Assembly (NCBI GenBank): GCA_963823665.1
Contig: CAWGMQ010000006.1
Span: forward strand, 1,504,001-1,568,000
Length of the DNA stretch: 64,000 nt
From: an uncultured Planctomycetota bacterium
Lineage (GTDB): Bacteria; Planctomycetota; Planctomycetia; Isosphaerales; Isosphaeraceae
Direction of reading: 5' to 3'
Shown here: piece after piece, positions 34,203-45,762 of the stretch
Layout: every line of letters starts with the position of its first letter
Numbering within the stretch: the first letter of the stretch is position 1
Notes under the pieces: generated by a model
What the model was told of the DNA's origin: nothing
The model's input: the letters and a program-made list of their open reading frames with translations, nothing else
The model's database searches: none
Program-made: the position numbers and the translations under genes

Positions 34203-34706
34203 ACGCGCCGGCGCGTCTAACCGTTTTTTTTTTGTTACCTGGAGGGTCTCCCGGCTCTAGCGAGCCCCAGCCCGAGCAACAGGATCATCATGCCTGCAAC
34301 CGTGATTCGTAGGTGTGCCGCGGCCTCCTCCCTTCCCAGCGTGCCCCCTTGTCTCTGGACATGGCCGGCGGGCCCGCGGTTTGGGTTCCCGCGACCTTCG
34401 GCGACGATTGTACTCGCTGATCATGGAACGATACAATTCGTCGGGCCGGGGCGCTCATGGGCAGGCATCTGACAGGTGTGGGCGGCCCTGTCGCGCTTCT
34501 TTGCGCGGAGTCGTGATGGTGGCGATTGTCGGCGCCGTTTGTCGCGAGCGGAAAGGCGGCCCCACCGGCGGCGGTGGTGCTGGTAACCGGGGGGCCCTCG
34601 GCAATTCCACCAGTAAGTTGTAGAATTGAGTGCGGCAATCTGAGTACGCTGTGCACGACTTGGCCCGAACCAAGTGCGAGCCGTATGCCTCACGCGAGCG
34701 CGGTCG

Positions 34707-34994
34707 ATGGCAACAAAGAGCCGATCCAAGGAGGATCAGAAAACGAGAAGCGGGGCGACCCCGGGCTTCTTCCCGCTGACGGAGGAAGTGACGACCTACG
34801 AGGCGAACCTGGCGGAATGGTCCAATCGCGCGGGTCAGTTTGTCCTGATCAAGCATCGCGATGTTCTTGGGTTCTACTCGCGACACGAGGAGGCGCTCGA
34901 GGCTGGATATGAGCGACTCGGGAATGAGACGTTCTTGGTCAAGCAGATCTTGCGAGACGAACTAATCTACCAGGTCGGCCACGTCGAGCTCTGA
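34707..34994 (+). CDS. Small hypothetical protein (DUF5678-like)
   Basis: EEVTTYEANLAEW..GQFVLIKHRDVLGFY..EEALEAGYERLG..FLVKQI. Confidence 0.6.
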   Translation: MATKSRSKEDQKTRSGATPGFFPLTEEVTTYEANLAEWSNRAGQFVLIKHRDVLGFYSRHEEALEAGYERLGNETFLVKQILRDELIYQVGHVEL

Positions 34995-35411
34995 TGCCCC
35001 ACTTCACATTGGCCGAGATCTCCTGGCCCAGTGCACGTTTTTCTACAACGGGCCGCGTGGTGAATTGACGCTTTCGTGTTAAATCGCGCCATCAAGCGGT
35101 CATTGCGCGAAGACGGGTTTTTGTCCCCGATCACCTGTCCATTCTGTCGAGCAAGTCGCGGATCGCTTGCACGACGGCATCGTTATTCTTAGCGATGATA
35201 GCGACTGGCAGGCAACTTGCCCTGACCGATTTTGCCGGGTCGACCGCGCGGAAAAGCATGGTAGTGCCCGTTCCAATTTCTGACGTCCGTGTCACAATCG
35301 TGCAAAAAACGGACATCTCCCTGGAGGGCACGCCGGCAGGCAGGCAGGGGACGGGGCTTTGGGGGCAGCTCAAAAACACGTGTCCGCAGTTTAATCGAGG
35401 ACCTGGCAACG

Positions 35412-38400
35412 ATGGACGAGCAACCCCGCCGCGAATTCGAGGAGCTGGACATCGACCTCGCGCGCCGCATCGACGCGGCGTGTCGCCGCTTCGAGGCCGA
35501 CTGGCACGCCGGCGCCGGCCGCGGATCGAAGACTATCTAGTTTACGTTCCCAATAACGGCTGCGCGCCGCTTCGGGACGAGTTGGAGGCGCTCGAGCGGG
35601 AACTGCGGCAGGCAAGCGACGCGCACGCGCGCCAAGCTGATTCAGCCGCCGCGCAGGGCGAAAAGGAACTTCCTCCGTCGACGATCGCCGAAGCTGCGAC
35701 TTTGCCCCCCGGGGCAACCGGCACCGAACCAACGCCGGGCGCGCCAGGGCGCTCGACCCAACAGGAGACCACCAGCCATCCGCCGGATGGGGTCACTGCA
35801 AACCATGGCACGCTTCCGGGCGACACTCCGGCGCTCTCCAGGATCGGCTATTTCGGCGACTACGAGATCATTCGCGAGATCGCCCGCGGCGGCATGGGTG
35901 TGGTCTTCGAGGCGCGGCAGGTGAGCCTGAACCGGCCGGTTGCTCCCAAGATGATCCTCGCCGGCCAGCTCGCCGATCTAACCGACGTGAAACGGTTTTA
36001 CACCGAGGCTGAGGCCGCCGCCAACCTCGACCATCCGGGAATCGTGCCGGTCTACGAGGTTGGTCAGCACGAGGGCCAGCATTATTTCTCGATGGGCTTC
36101 GTGGAGGGCGGGAGCCTCTCCCAGCGCCTGGCGGAAGGGCCGCTGCCGGCGCGCGAGGCCGCCGCGCTCCTGCTGAAAGTCGCCGAGGCCATTGAATTTG
36201 CCCATCGCCGCGGCGTGATCCACCGTGACTTGAAGCCCGCCAATATCCTGCTTGATCCGAATGGGAATCCTCGAGTCACCGACTTCGGACTCGCGAAGAA
36301 AATCGAAGGCGACGGCGGTCTGACCGGCTCGGGCCAGATCATGGGTACGCCCAGCTACATGCCGCCTGAGCAAGCCGGGGGAAAACGCGGCGACGTGGGG
36401 CCGGCGACCGATGTTTATGCCCTGGGTGCGACGCTTTATGCCCTCGTCACCGGCCGTCCGCCCTTCCAAGCTGCCACTGCGATGGACACCGTGCTTCAGG
36501 TCATAAACGATGACCCCGTGCCACCCCGCCGTCTCAACCCGGCGATTCCGCACGACCTGGAGACGATCTGCTTGAAGTGCCTGGAAAAAGAGCCGGCCAG
36601 GCGGTATTCTTCGGCTCTGGCCCTCGCCGAGGAGCTGCGCCGCTATCTGGCCGGCGAGCCGATCCTGGCTCGACCCGTTGGACCACTCGAGCGAGCGCGG
36701 AAATGGGCCAGGCGCCGGCCCGCGGCAGCCGCTCTCGTGACCGTTAGCACGCTGGCGGTCATCGCGCTTGCGATCAGCGGATTCGCATGGTCGCTCCAGC
36801 TCCGCCGCTTCAATTCAAGTCTCGAGGCGGCCTACAACGACGTCAAGCGCGAGCGCGACGAGGCCGACAAAGAGCGGCAGCGAGCGCTCGTTCAGGAACA
36901 AATCGCGATTCGCCAGGAGTCACTCACGCGGCGTTCGCTTTATGCCGAACACATGAACCTCGCTCAACAAGCGTGGGAATCTGACAATGTCACGAGAGTG
37001 CTCGCGCTCTTGAACCAGCATCGCGGGGAGCCCGGTCGCGAAGACATCCGCGGTTTTGAGTGGTACCACCTCTGGCATCTCTCACACGCCGTTCGCCGCA
37101 CGCTCGGCGATCATCAAAACGTCGTAACCTCTGTCGCCTTTTCCCCCGATGGCAAGCAGCTCGCAACAGCCGGAATGGATCGGACCGTCAAGCTTCGAGA
37201 CCCGTCAACCGGCGCCGTGCTGGCCGAGCTGCCGGGCATCACGGAGCCGGTGCGGTCCATCGTCTTCAGCCCGGACAGCAAGTCGCTTCTGGTGGTGGCG
37301 GGTAAAAAAATCACGCTATGGGATCTGTCGACCAACCACGAGCGCGCGGCGATGCCGGCACAGTCGAGGATGGTCACATGCGCGGCGTTTGCGCCTGACG
37401 GCTCGACGATCGCCGTTGGCGGGCTCGGTCCGAACGTCTCACTGTGGACTCCGCCCAATGGCAAGATCGCCACGCTCACAGGCAAAGGAGGCTGGGTCTA
37501 TTCGCTTGCGTTTTCGCCCGATGGCAAGAGGCTCGCGGCGGGCGGAGCGTTTGAGGGAGCGGCCCAGTTGATCGTGTGGAACGTGGCCTCCGGCGCAAAA
37601 CGCGCGCTCAAGCGACGCGTCGATCCGGGCTCGTCGTCGCTCTTGCCGCCGGAAAATGTGCGGTCTGAGAACTTCCTGGTCGGCGTCGGAACGGTTTTTT
37701 CCGTCGTGTTCTCGCCCGATGGCCGGCTTCTGGGCGCAGGCTTCGGCAACTCGCCGGATACCGGACACGGAGAGTTTGTCGCGAGGCTTTGGGACGTCGG
37801 AACGGGCCAGGAGCGAGCGACCTTCAGCGGTCACGATCAAGCGGTGATGTCGGTGATGTTTTCCCCCGACGGCAAGACGCTGGCGACGGCTGGTCTCGAT
37901 GCAACCCTGCGCCTCTGGGACCCGGAGACCATCCGCAGCAAAGCCGTCTTCCGCGGTCATACAAACGGCATTATCTCGGCGGCGTTCGCCCCGGACGGCC
38001 AGACGCTGGCGACGGCAAGCCTCGACCGCACCGTGAAGCTTTGGGACGCGACTCCCGAACGCGAGCGCGACACCCTTTTCCGCGGGCCTGAATTCGGTGC
38101 ATCCGCACTCGCGTTCTCCGGCGACAGCCGCGTGCTCGCGGTTGGAAGCGCCGACGGAATGACAAGACTATGGGACGTCGCTACGAGCCGTCCGATCGGC
38201 TTGCTCGAAGGCACGCTGCAAGCGTCGGTGCTCGCCGTGGCGATCGCTCCCGACGGCCGAAGCCTCGTGACGGGCTGCAATGACCACCGCGTGCGGGTAT
38301 GGGATCTCAAGACCAGGCGATTGCTCAACACCGTCGAGGGGCACCATGATGCGGTCGCTTGCGCTGCGTTTTCTCCGGACGGCGCAATCCTCGCGACCGG

Positions 38401-39014
38401 AAGCGAAGATCACACTGTGATCTTGTGGGATGTGCCCACGTTCCGTCGTCGCGAGCTTCTTCGAGGGCACTCGAACGATATCACGTGTCTGGCCTTCTCG
38501 CCGGACGGAAGAATTCTGGCGGTTGCCTCCGGCAGCCGGATCGATCCGCACGATCCGGCGAAAGACCTGAGGCTATGGGACGTGGCCAGTGCGCACGAAT
38601 CCGCGTCGCCTGGGGGGTCCTGCTTCATCCATCACCTCGCTCGCGTTCTCACCGGACGGCCGGGTGCTCGCCGTCGCTTGCAACGAGCCGGCCTCAGTCG
38701 CACAGCTCTGGGATGTGGAAAGCCGCCGGATCCTCGCCAGCTTGACGGGTCACAAGGGCATGGTCTCGTCCCTGGCGTTTTCACCTGATGGTAAAACCCT
38801 GGCCACCGCCGGCTCGGACGCCCTTGTCAAGCTCTGGGACCCGATCACGGGCCAGGAGCGAGCGACTCTCAAGGGGCACACCGGTGCGCTCCGCTCGCTC
38901 GCCTTCTCGCCAGACAACACGGTGCTCGCCTCGGCGGGCGGCGCATCCACCCCGGATATCCTTCAGCCCGGTGAAGTTGTTCTGTGGCGCAGGCAGGGCA
39001 GGCCTTCAGCCTGA
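35412..39014 (+). CDS. Ser/Thr kinase with WD40 repeats; frameshifts near 35515 and 38610
   Basis: IDAACRRFEADW, ARGGMG, HRDLKPAN, DFGLAK, GTPSYMPPE, RGFEWYHL, more than 12 FSPDG/WD repeats. Confidence 0.9.
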
Positions 39015-40023
39015 CAATTGAGTCCCGATCTGATTACTCGGCGCCCCCGTGCTCCTTCGCGACGCGCGTGCGAAACCTCGCCGGCGCACGATTTTCGAGC
39101 CGCTCATCATCCCGCGTAAGCTGCAGGAAGCCGATGCACATCTCATCCGTCGTCTGTTCGCCCCAGCGCACTTCAACGGGCGGCTTGCTTGGGTTCTTGG
39201 GGTTCTTTGCCGAGTTGTCGAAGTGAGCGCCCATTTCGATCTTGGTGCCCTTGGGAATGGCGACCGCGGCGGCGAATTCGTACGTGCCCTGCCAGTTGAA
39301 ATCCCAGTCGTCGATCTTGATCAGCGTGCGCCGGGTGCCGTCGGGCAAGACCGCTTCCAGGACGAAATCTTTGCCGAGCCAGTGCATGTGGGGAATCACC
39401 GAGAGCAGATGAGCGTTGTAGCCGGCCGTCCACGTTCCCTTGACTTCAAAATTCGCTTCGCCCGGCGGGATGTTCAAACGCGGGCGCGCCAGCAACCCCG
39501 GACGCGGCGGCATCACGATTCCGGCCTGGAGCTGCTTGTCGATCGTTCCCTTGGCGAAATACAAGCCGATCGCCGATCGATCGCTTTCGGCCTTGCCGCT
39601 CTTGTGATAGTGAACCTGCAAGAGCACGTCGGCCCCCGCGGGGACGTAGCGGCCAACGCCTTTGGGCAGCTCGTTCGGCATCTTCCCCGGCGCCCAGCCG
39701 CTCAATCCGCCGGACGGCAGGAACGGTAGCCCGCCCGGCAGTGTGCCGTAGCCGGCGAACGTCTTGTAGCCCGGGCCAGGATCGCCCTGGTCGAGAGTGC
39801 GGGCGCACCCGGTCACGTCGAAGGCCGCCAGGATGTGATGCACCACCCTTGGGTTGCCCGGCCGGAAATCAACGGCTTTGACCCACTTTCCTTCCGTCAA
39901 GCCTGACGGAATCACGAACACACGGTGCTCGTCACGGCCTGCGGAATCAAGGGTGTAGGCCTCCGGTAGCTCGAGGACCAGATCCGGCGGGCCCAGCGCC
40001 CAGTCCGAGCTCCAGCTCTTCGC

Positions 40024-41588
40024 CTTTGTCCTTACCATCATTTTCTGGTGGTCATAGGTGCGCTTCCCCGGCCTTTTCCCGGCTTTTCTCGCTTCGCACC
40101 TGGTAATATCAAGCCAAGCCACACGCTGAGGTGGGGGGGAGGGATCGCGTTTCAACCGCCGGAGCCTCGGATGGACACCTTTCTTTCAGATGCGCAGACT
40201 TGGGCCATGACCCAATTCGCCACCACTGATCTTCATGACGAACGCCGTACCAAACGACTCGTTCTGTTGGCAACGCAGATCGCCGCAGATCCGTCCGGGA
40301 GTTTTCCTCAGCAAACCGAATCCTGGAATGATCTGAGGGCCGCATACAATTTCTTCGATTGTGAGGACGTCACCTTTCAAGCGATCGCCAGTCACCATTG
40401 GGAGCTTACCAAGAAGACAGCAGGTGAGCGTCAATTGATCATCGCAGACACGACCGAAATCGATTACGGGCCGTGCCGACAGGTCACAGGTCTTTCGCCG
40501 GTTGGTTCGGGTATCGGACAAGGCTTTCACCTTCACTCGGGTTTGATGGTTTCCCCCGAAGACGACCGGGTTCACGGCTTGGCCGGACAACTGATCTATC
40601 ATCGTCAGCGCGTTCGTAAGGGGGAGACGCGGACCGAACGGTTGCAGCGTGACGATCGCGAATCACAGATCTGGGGTGATCTTGTCATCCAAATGGGATC
40701 CCCGCCGTCGGGAACCTCCTGGATTCACGTAGTTGATCGTGGCGCCGACGACTTTGAGTTTTTCTATCACTGCCAGCAGACAGAAACCGAATGGGTGGCG
40801 CGAGCCAAGAGCCTGATCCGGATCATTATCACGCCGGAGAGCGGGGAAACGCCGCTGAAAGCCTACTTAGGGACCCTGCCGCGGGCTGGATGTTACACGC
40901 TCAATCTGCGGGCTCGCCCCAAAGCACCGGCTCGGACGGCCAAGCTGGTGGTCGCCATCGGGGCCTTACGGATGCCGACGCCGAAACTCAAAAGCCCATT
41001 TCTGAAGCAGGTCAAGCCCGCGGCGATCCCCATGTGGGTCGTCTGGGTGCGCGAGGTAGATGCTCCCGACGGAGTGGAGGCGATCGAGTGGGTGCTTTAC
41101 ACTTCTTTGCTGGTGGAGGATTTTGAAGATGCTATGGCGATCGTGGGGTACTACGGGAAGAGGTGGCTAATCGAGGAGTGGCACAAGGTCCTGAAAACAG
41201 GCTTTCAGGTAGAACGTCGCCAGCTCAAGACGTGCGATCGTCTCGAAGCCATGATGGGATTGATGTCTGTGGAAGCACTGCGGTTGTTCCAGTTGAAGGG
41301 AATGGCGCGGACAGCTCCCGAGCAGCCTGCGACCGAGGTGGTACCGCCCAAATACGTGATGATGCTGAAGGTGGTGCGCAGATTGACGCCCACGACAATA
41401 TTAACTGCGGGAGGATTTTTTCGGGAGTTGGCCAAGCTGGGAGGGTTCCTGGGCCGCCGCCACGATGGGGAGCCAGGTTGGATGACGATCTGGCGGGGTT
41501 GGGACAAGCTGCAGATCATGATCCGGGGCGCCGAGGCTATCATCGACGTATCTTCATCGGTATGATGAAGATGATGGTAAGGACAAAG
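40024..41588 (+). mobile_element. IS4-family insertion sequence, 1565 bp
   Basis: Perfect 18-bp TIRs CTTTGTCCTTACCATCAT / ATGATGGTAAGGACAAAG; TSD CTCTTCGC at 40016-40023 and 41589-41596. Confidence 0.95.
40171..41565 (+). CDS. IS4-family (IS50/Tn5-like) DDE transposase
   Basis: DERRTKRL, DTTE, VVDRGAD, YREK motif YGKRWLIEEWHKVLK, LGGFLGRRHDGEPG. Confidence 0.95.
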   Translation: MDTFLSDAQTWAMTQFATTDLHDERRTKRLVLLATQIAADPSGSFPQQTESWNDLRAAYNFFDCEDVTFQAIASHHWELTKKTAGERQLIIADTTEIDYGPCRQVTGLSPVGSGIGQGFHLHSGLMVSPEDDRVHGLAGQLIYHRQRVRKGETRTERLQRDDRESQIWGDLVIQMGSPPSGTSWIHVVDRGADDFEFFYHCQQTETEWVARAKSLIRIIITPESGETPLKAYLGTLPRAGCYTLNLRARPKAPARTAKLVVAIGALRMPTPKLKSPFLKQVKPAAIPMWVVWVREVDAPDGVEAIEWVLYTSLLVEDFEDAMAIVGYYGKRWLIEEWHKVLKTGFQVERRQLKTCDRLEAMMGLMSVEALRLFQLKGMARTAPEQPATEVVPPKYVMMLKVVRRLTPTTILTAGGFFRELAKLGGFLGRRHDGEPGWMTIWRGWDKLQIMIRGAEAIIDVSSSV

Positions 41589-42323
41589 CTCTTCGCCGGC
41601 GGCTCGTCTCTGGGATCGCCCTCGGGGCAACTCGCCTCGGCCCATGCGGCGAGTGTCTTTTTCTCGGCTTCACTCAAGACCCGTGCGCCCACGAACGGGC
41701 CTCCCTCGGAGGTCGAGGCGTGCCAGGGGGGCATAACGCGATCCTGAGTCACGCTCACGATATCGGAGGAACGTTTGCGCGCCTGTTCGTACGACAGCAG
41801 CGAAAATGGTGCCACCTGTCCCGGCCGATGGCAGTCCTGGCAGTGCTTCTGCAAGATCCGCACGACGTCGCGCTGATAGGTCGGAGCGTCGCCCGCGAGG
41901 GCAACCGGCCTCGCGTAGATGTTGGCCGCGACACAAACCAGAAACGGCAACATTCTTCGAACGATCTTGTCCATTCGCGGCTTTTCCAATACCGGCCTCA
42001 TCGTGATTCGCCCCAACGCATGGTGGCTGATTGAGTCGCAGTGAAACTTCTGCCTATCAATATAACCCCCGATCGCGACACTGGGTTTCACGTCCCGCGC
42101 CGATTCCTCAGTCGTACCCTTACACGGGTTTGATGAAAAGCGGGCCGTGCTGGCGAAATTCCACGTCGACGATTCGGCGTTTTCTGTTGCGCGACAGTTT
42201 TGTGATCGCGGCCGCCGGGACGGACCCCCCGTGGCCCCCCCTTCTGAAGGGGGGGAAACTTGGCGGGACATTCGCGGCGGGAAACCTCCGCTCCTCAATC
42301 TGGAAGTTTTCAACAGGCCACCC

Positions 42324-43739
42324 TCACATTGCCCCCATCGAGGACCGTCTCTGCATCAGATACAACGTCCTCCCGTTCCCAGTCACGCGCACCACGCTTA
42401 CGACTTCGAAGCACTCCGCCATACACCTCTCGAAGTGTTCGCGGTCGTAACGGTGATGAATTCCCCGCGTTCGCTGACTGAGGGAGACGGCCTGCGGGTC
42501 GTCTTCCGGAACGAATTCGATGACGAGCCACGGCGCGAGCCGATTGAAGAACGCAGCGACGTTTTCGAGCGGCTGGTTCCCCGCCAGCACAAGATGGTGA
42601 ACCAGGGCCAGTGCCAGGACCAGGTCGGGCCGCCCGCGCTCGAAGATCGAGGCGCGCTCGCGATTTTCCCAGCCAAAGGAGGGCGTGGGGTTTGCGAGAT
42701 CCTGAACCAGCGCGAGGAGCCGAGTCTCGCCCTTGTCGCGGGCCTGCACATAGATCCGATCGACACATGCCGCGTCCGATTCAAACGCGACGACGCGCCG
42801 GGAGAGCTCACAGGCCAGGAAGCTGAAGTAGCCAGTGTTGGCGCCAAGGTCCCAGACGGCGCCGGTTCCGGTCTGCTCGATCCACGCCTTGACGGTTGCG
42901 GACTTCTGTTCGAACTCTGCAGGCGTGTAGGAATTCTTGTCGTAATACGACTCCCACTCCCCGCGGCGGTGCTTCCAGCGCAAACCGCTGACCGTCGAAC
43001 GCAGACTGTCGACCAGCCCGAGCTTGGCGGCTTTGGTTACCTGCGCTGGTCGTGAGGCCGTCGTCCGGCCGGAATGGCCGCGCTGGAACGCCGAGTGAAG
43101 GTGCAGGTGAACCGCCAGGCCGAAGCGCACCATCGATCGCCACGGCAGAAGCCGTGCCGCAAGATCGATCGGCACGCCGTCCACGCTCGAACGCCAAAGC
43201 TGGCTGAGCCGGCCGTCAAGCAGACCTACCAGGGCCAGCGGCGCGAGGAAATGCTCGCAGAACTGCCGGTATCCCGCCCACGGCTCGCCGCGATCGATTT
43301 CGAACGAAAGCGTATCAATCAGAACTGGGCGCCCGCCGTGAAACGGGAAGTTGAACGCGCTGCAATCCTTGAGGATCATTCCGCGCTCGAGCGCACGGCG
43401 CTGAATTTCCAGCGCGGTGAGCGCGGCATCCTTAAACGCGCTGAAGCTCCATTCGCCGGGATACGAGATAAAGTCGACCCGCTCGGGACGGAGCGTTTTG
43501 TACGCCCGCTGGCGCTCCGGCGCTTCGCCGTTCGAGATTTCCGCGTGCGGAACGAGCAAGCGAGCCTGGACTAGTTCGTCATACAGGCCGCTTGACAGCA
43601 AGCGATCGTAGTGCTCCCGATAATCGTCGTTGACTTGCCGGCGCAGCTCGCCGTTGTGGGAATAGACAAATCCGGCGGGATCACGAAAGGAAACCGACGA
43701 GAGGGATCGCTCGTTCATGCACTGTGTTTTTTCAGCCAA
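42324..43739 (-). CDS. NoeA-like protein: kinase-like N-terminal domain plus class I SAM methyltransferase
   Basis: SFRDPAGF, ISYPGEWSF, LKDCSAFN, IDTLSF; VWDLGANTG, LALALVHHL, IEFVPEDD. Confidence 0.8.
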   Translation of the reverse strand: MAEKTQCMNERSLSSVSFRDPAGFVYSHNGELRRQVNDDYREHYDRLLSSGLYDELVQARLLVPHAEISNGEAPERQRAYKTLRPERVDFISYPGEWSFSAFKDAALTALEIQRRALERGMILKDCSAFNFPFHGGRPVLIDTLSFEIDRGEPWAGYRQFCEHFLAPLALVGLLDGRLSQLWRSSVDGVPIDLAARLLPWRSMVRFGLAVHLHLHSAFQRGHSGRTTASRPAQVTKAAKLGLVDSLRSTVSGLRWKHRRGEWESYYDKNSYTPAEFEQKSATVKAWIEQTGTGAVWDLGANTGYFSFLACELSRRVVAFESDAACVDRIYVQARDKGETRLLALVQDLANPTPSFGWENRERASIFERGRPDLVLALALVHHLVLAGNQPLENVAAFFNRLAPWLVIEFVPEDDPQAVSLSQRTRGIHHRYDREHFERCMAECFEVVSVVRVTGNGRTLYLMQRRSSMGAM

Positions 43740-43912
43740 GCTCCGTCACGAATCTGCCGGATCCACGACTTCACGAAGAACGACGAGCTGAGAAGACCCG
43801 CCAGCAGCACCTGCAACAACATGCTGCCGGACCCGGGATCGAGATAGCCCCAAGTCATTTGAAGGCTGTGGAAGGCGGAAGGCAATAGACCTGCGGAGAG
43901 CAACGTCATCAT
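43715..43912 (-). CDS. Small membrane protein, YLDPGSGS type
   Basis: GYLDPGSGSMLLQVLLAGLL; 3' end overlaps the methyltransferase and is uncertain. Confidence 0.65.
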   Translation of the reverse strand: MMTLLSAGLLPSAFHSLQMTWGYLDPGSGSMLLQVLLAGLLSSSFFVKSWIRQIRDGAWLKKHSA

Positions 43913-44054
43913 CTGTGTGTCACCATTCGAGAATCGACACCATCCTTGCTTAGCTACTATTTACGTAGGCGTCGCATGTGAATCTCATGTGCCGTGATTA
44001 AGAAAACTTCAGGAAAACCAGCCGTTCGGTCAATTCTCTGTCTCACGAACGGCC

Positions 44055-45704
44055 TCACTGACGTCTTGAAAGACGTATGGCTCCTGCCAGGTCGAAAAGA
44101 AACTCCGATCCACGAGGGGTTCGAGGCGCGACACCGAAATACGCGTTGAGAAGGATACGAAATGAATTCACTGGCGTGACTTGCTGGTAGAGGGCGTCGT
44201 ATCGCCTTCCCGGAAAATAGTATGCGTTAAGTATGGCCATGCGCTCCTTTAGATTCGTGTTGCGAATGTCGTGCGGATCAAGGTTGAGCTCCGAGCCGTG
44301 GTCGGATTGCAGAATGATGATCGGCGGCACATCCGAAGCGGCGAGCAAACGATCGATCGCTTCCTGGATGCGCCGGGTGATGAAGGCGGATTGGCCACGA
44401 TAGCCGGCGCAGAAACTGGCGGGATCGCGAAATCGACCGTTGATTTTCTCACCACTGTACGCCACGTACTTGCGATACTGCGCGCTCACGTCGTCGCCGT
44501 CCTCGCCGAAGACGAACGGAGGATGCGGACAGAACACATGAGCAAGCGTAAATGTAGGCGCTCGTATTCGGGGAATCTGGGGAAGCTGGTCAAGCAGAAA
44601 GAACGTTCGCTGCCGCGACTGCATGGTCCGGTCGAGGTGCGCGGGGTTGGGCCAGATGACCCTCAGCCAGGTGGTGTCGATCACCATTCGTTCGAACCCG
44701 TTCCAGTACCGCTGGGGTGAGAGATAGATGTCGGCCTCGGGGAATTCGGTCGGGTCGAAGCCTGTGGCGAAGGTGACGAACTTGTATCCCAGGGGCCTGA
44801 GCGTCTCGAGCACGTTGCTTTTGCCGATCAGATCCGACAGCTCGGTCTGATCGCGGCCGAGGCCCTTGACGAGGTTGTCGAGATAGCTGGAGTTGAGCGA
44901 AGCGGACAGCGAAAGCGGCGTCTGACAGTAGTTCGCCGTGCTCTCGCGCACGACATAAAATCCAATTTTCTCCAGGTGGTCGAGCAAAGGTGAATTGTCG
45001 AAGTTGAACAACGCCTTCATCACATCCGTCCTCGCGTAGCCGTCGAGAACGATGTAATAGATGTCCGGTAGCACTGCCCCCGCCGGCTGCGGCGGCAGTG
45101 CAAACGGCTCGGCTGCCCGGCTCCGGCGCGTTGCAGTCGGGGCTTTGATCGAAAGGATCTGGTAGACCGGCATGATCAGGAGCACGACCGAAAACAGATT
45201 GAAAAAGGTCGTGGCTACCCGGAAGTCTCGCTTGTTCTTCGCGAGGAAATAGGCCAGACCGACGAGCAAAAGCACCTCCGGGGCCAGCACAAGCGCGGGG
45301 TGAACGACCGTTCTACCGCGCACCCAGTACCCGCTCATCGACGTGATCAATTGTTCGGCCCAGCCCAGGACGAACTCGAACGTGAAGAAAAGCAAAATGG
45401 CGGCCGATGCGGCGATCGCGGCCTTTCTCGCGTCCTTGAGCAGCAAGCCAAGGACGAGCCACATCGCGACCGTGCCGAGGAGGGCGCCGGCGACAACCCG
45501 GATCGGGTCGCTCATTCGAACCTGGCCGGCATTCTGGGCAAAGAGCGCAAGGATCGGAAAAACAGCGAGCAACATCGGGTGAACTGGCCACCGACCGAAA
45601 CGACGACTCATCGCGTTCGATGACGATCCGACCGTTCCGGTACCGAGCCCGCTCGCCGTAACCCTATAAGGCGGTTCCATATATAGCCGCTTTTCGGACG
45701 TCAT
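44055..45704 (-). CDS. LTA-synthase/sulfatase-like membrane protein
   Basis: About five TM helices, then PDIYYIVLDGY, NYCQT, HVFCPHPPF, IILQSDHG, TPVNSFR; C-terminus may be frameshifted near 44125. Confidence 0.8.
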   Translation of the reverse strand: MTSEKRLYMEPPYRVTASGLGTGTVGSSSNAMSRRFGRWPVHPMLLAVFPILALFAQNAGQVRMSDPIRVVAGALLGTVAMWLVLGLLLKDARKAAIAASAAILLFFTFEFVLGWAEQLITSMSGYWVRGRTVVHPALVLAPEVLLLVGLAYFLAKNKRDFRVATTFFNLFSVVLLIMPVYQILSIKAPTATRRSRAAEPFALPPQPAGAVLPDIYYIVLDGYARTDVMKALFNFDNSPLLDHLEKIGFYVVRESTANYCQTPLSLSASLNSSYLDNLVKGLGRDQTELSDLIGKSNVLETLRPLGYKFVTFATGFDPTEFPEADIYLSPQRYWNGFERMVIDTTWLRVIWPNPAHLDRTMQSRQRTFFLLDQLPQIPRIRAPTFTLAHVFCPHPPFVFGEDGDDVSAQYRKYVAYSGEKINGRFRDPASFCAGYRGQSAFITRRIQEAIDRLLAASDVPPIIILQSDHGSELNLDPHDIRNTNLKERMAILNAYYFPGRRYDALYQQVTPVNSFRILLNAYFGVAPRTPRGSEFLFDLAGAIRLSRRQ

Positions 45705-45762
45705 GCATGTCGTCTGTTCTCATCGTCATCCGATCAATGCGATTCTAGCAGTCCTGATCTGA

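Larger units (their letters stand above)
39034..41974 (-). pseudogene. Cytochrome c / Cu type II monooxygenase-like secreted protein interrupted by IS4
   Basis: N-part has a signal peptide, CQDCH heme motif and MPPW; C-part has VVHHIL, QVHYH, PHMHWLG, DEMC; removing the IS restores PPAKSWSSDW. Confidence 0.88.

Noticed and set aside
35939..35955. VAPK instead of VALK in the third kinase, suggesting a pseudokinase
   Set aside because: The catalytic Lys, HRD and DFG are intact; a single-base difference may be an error.
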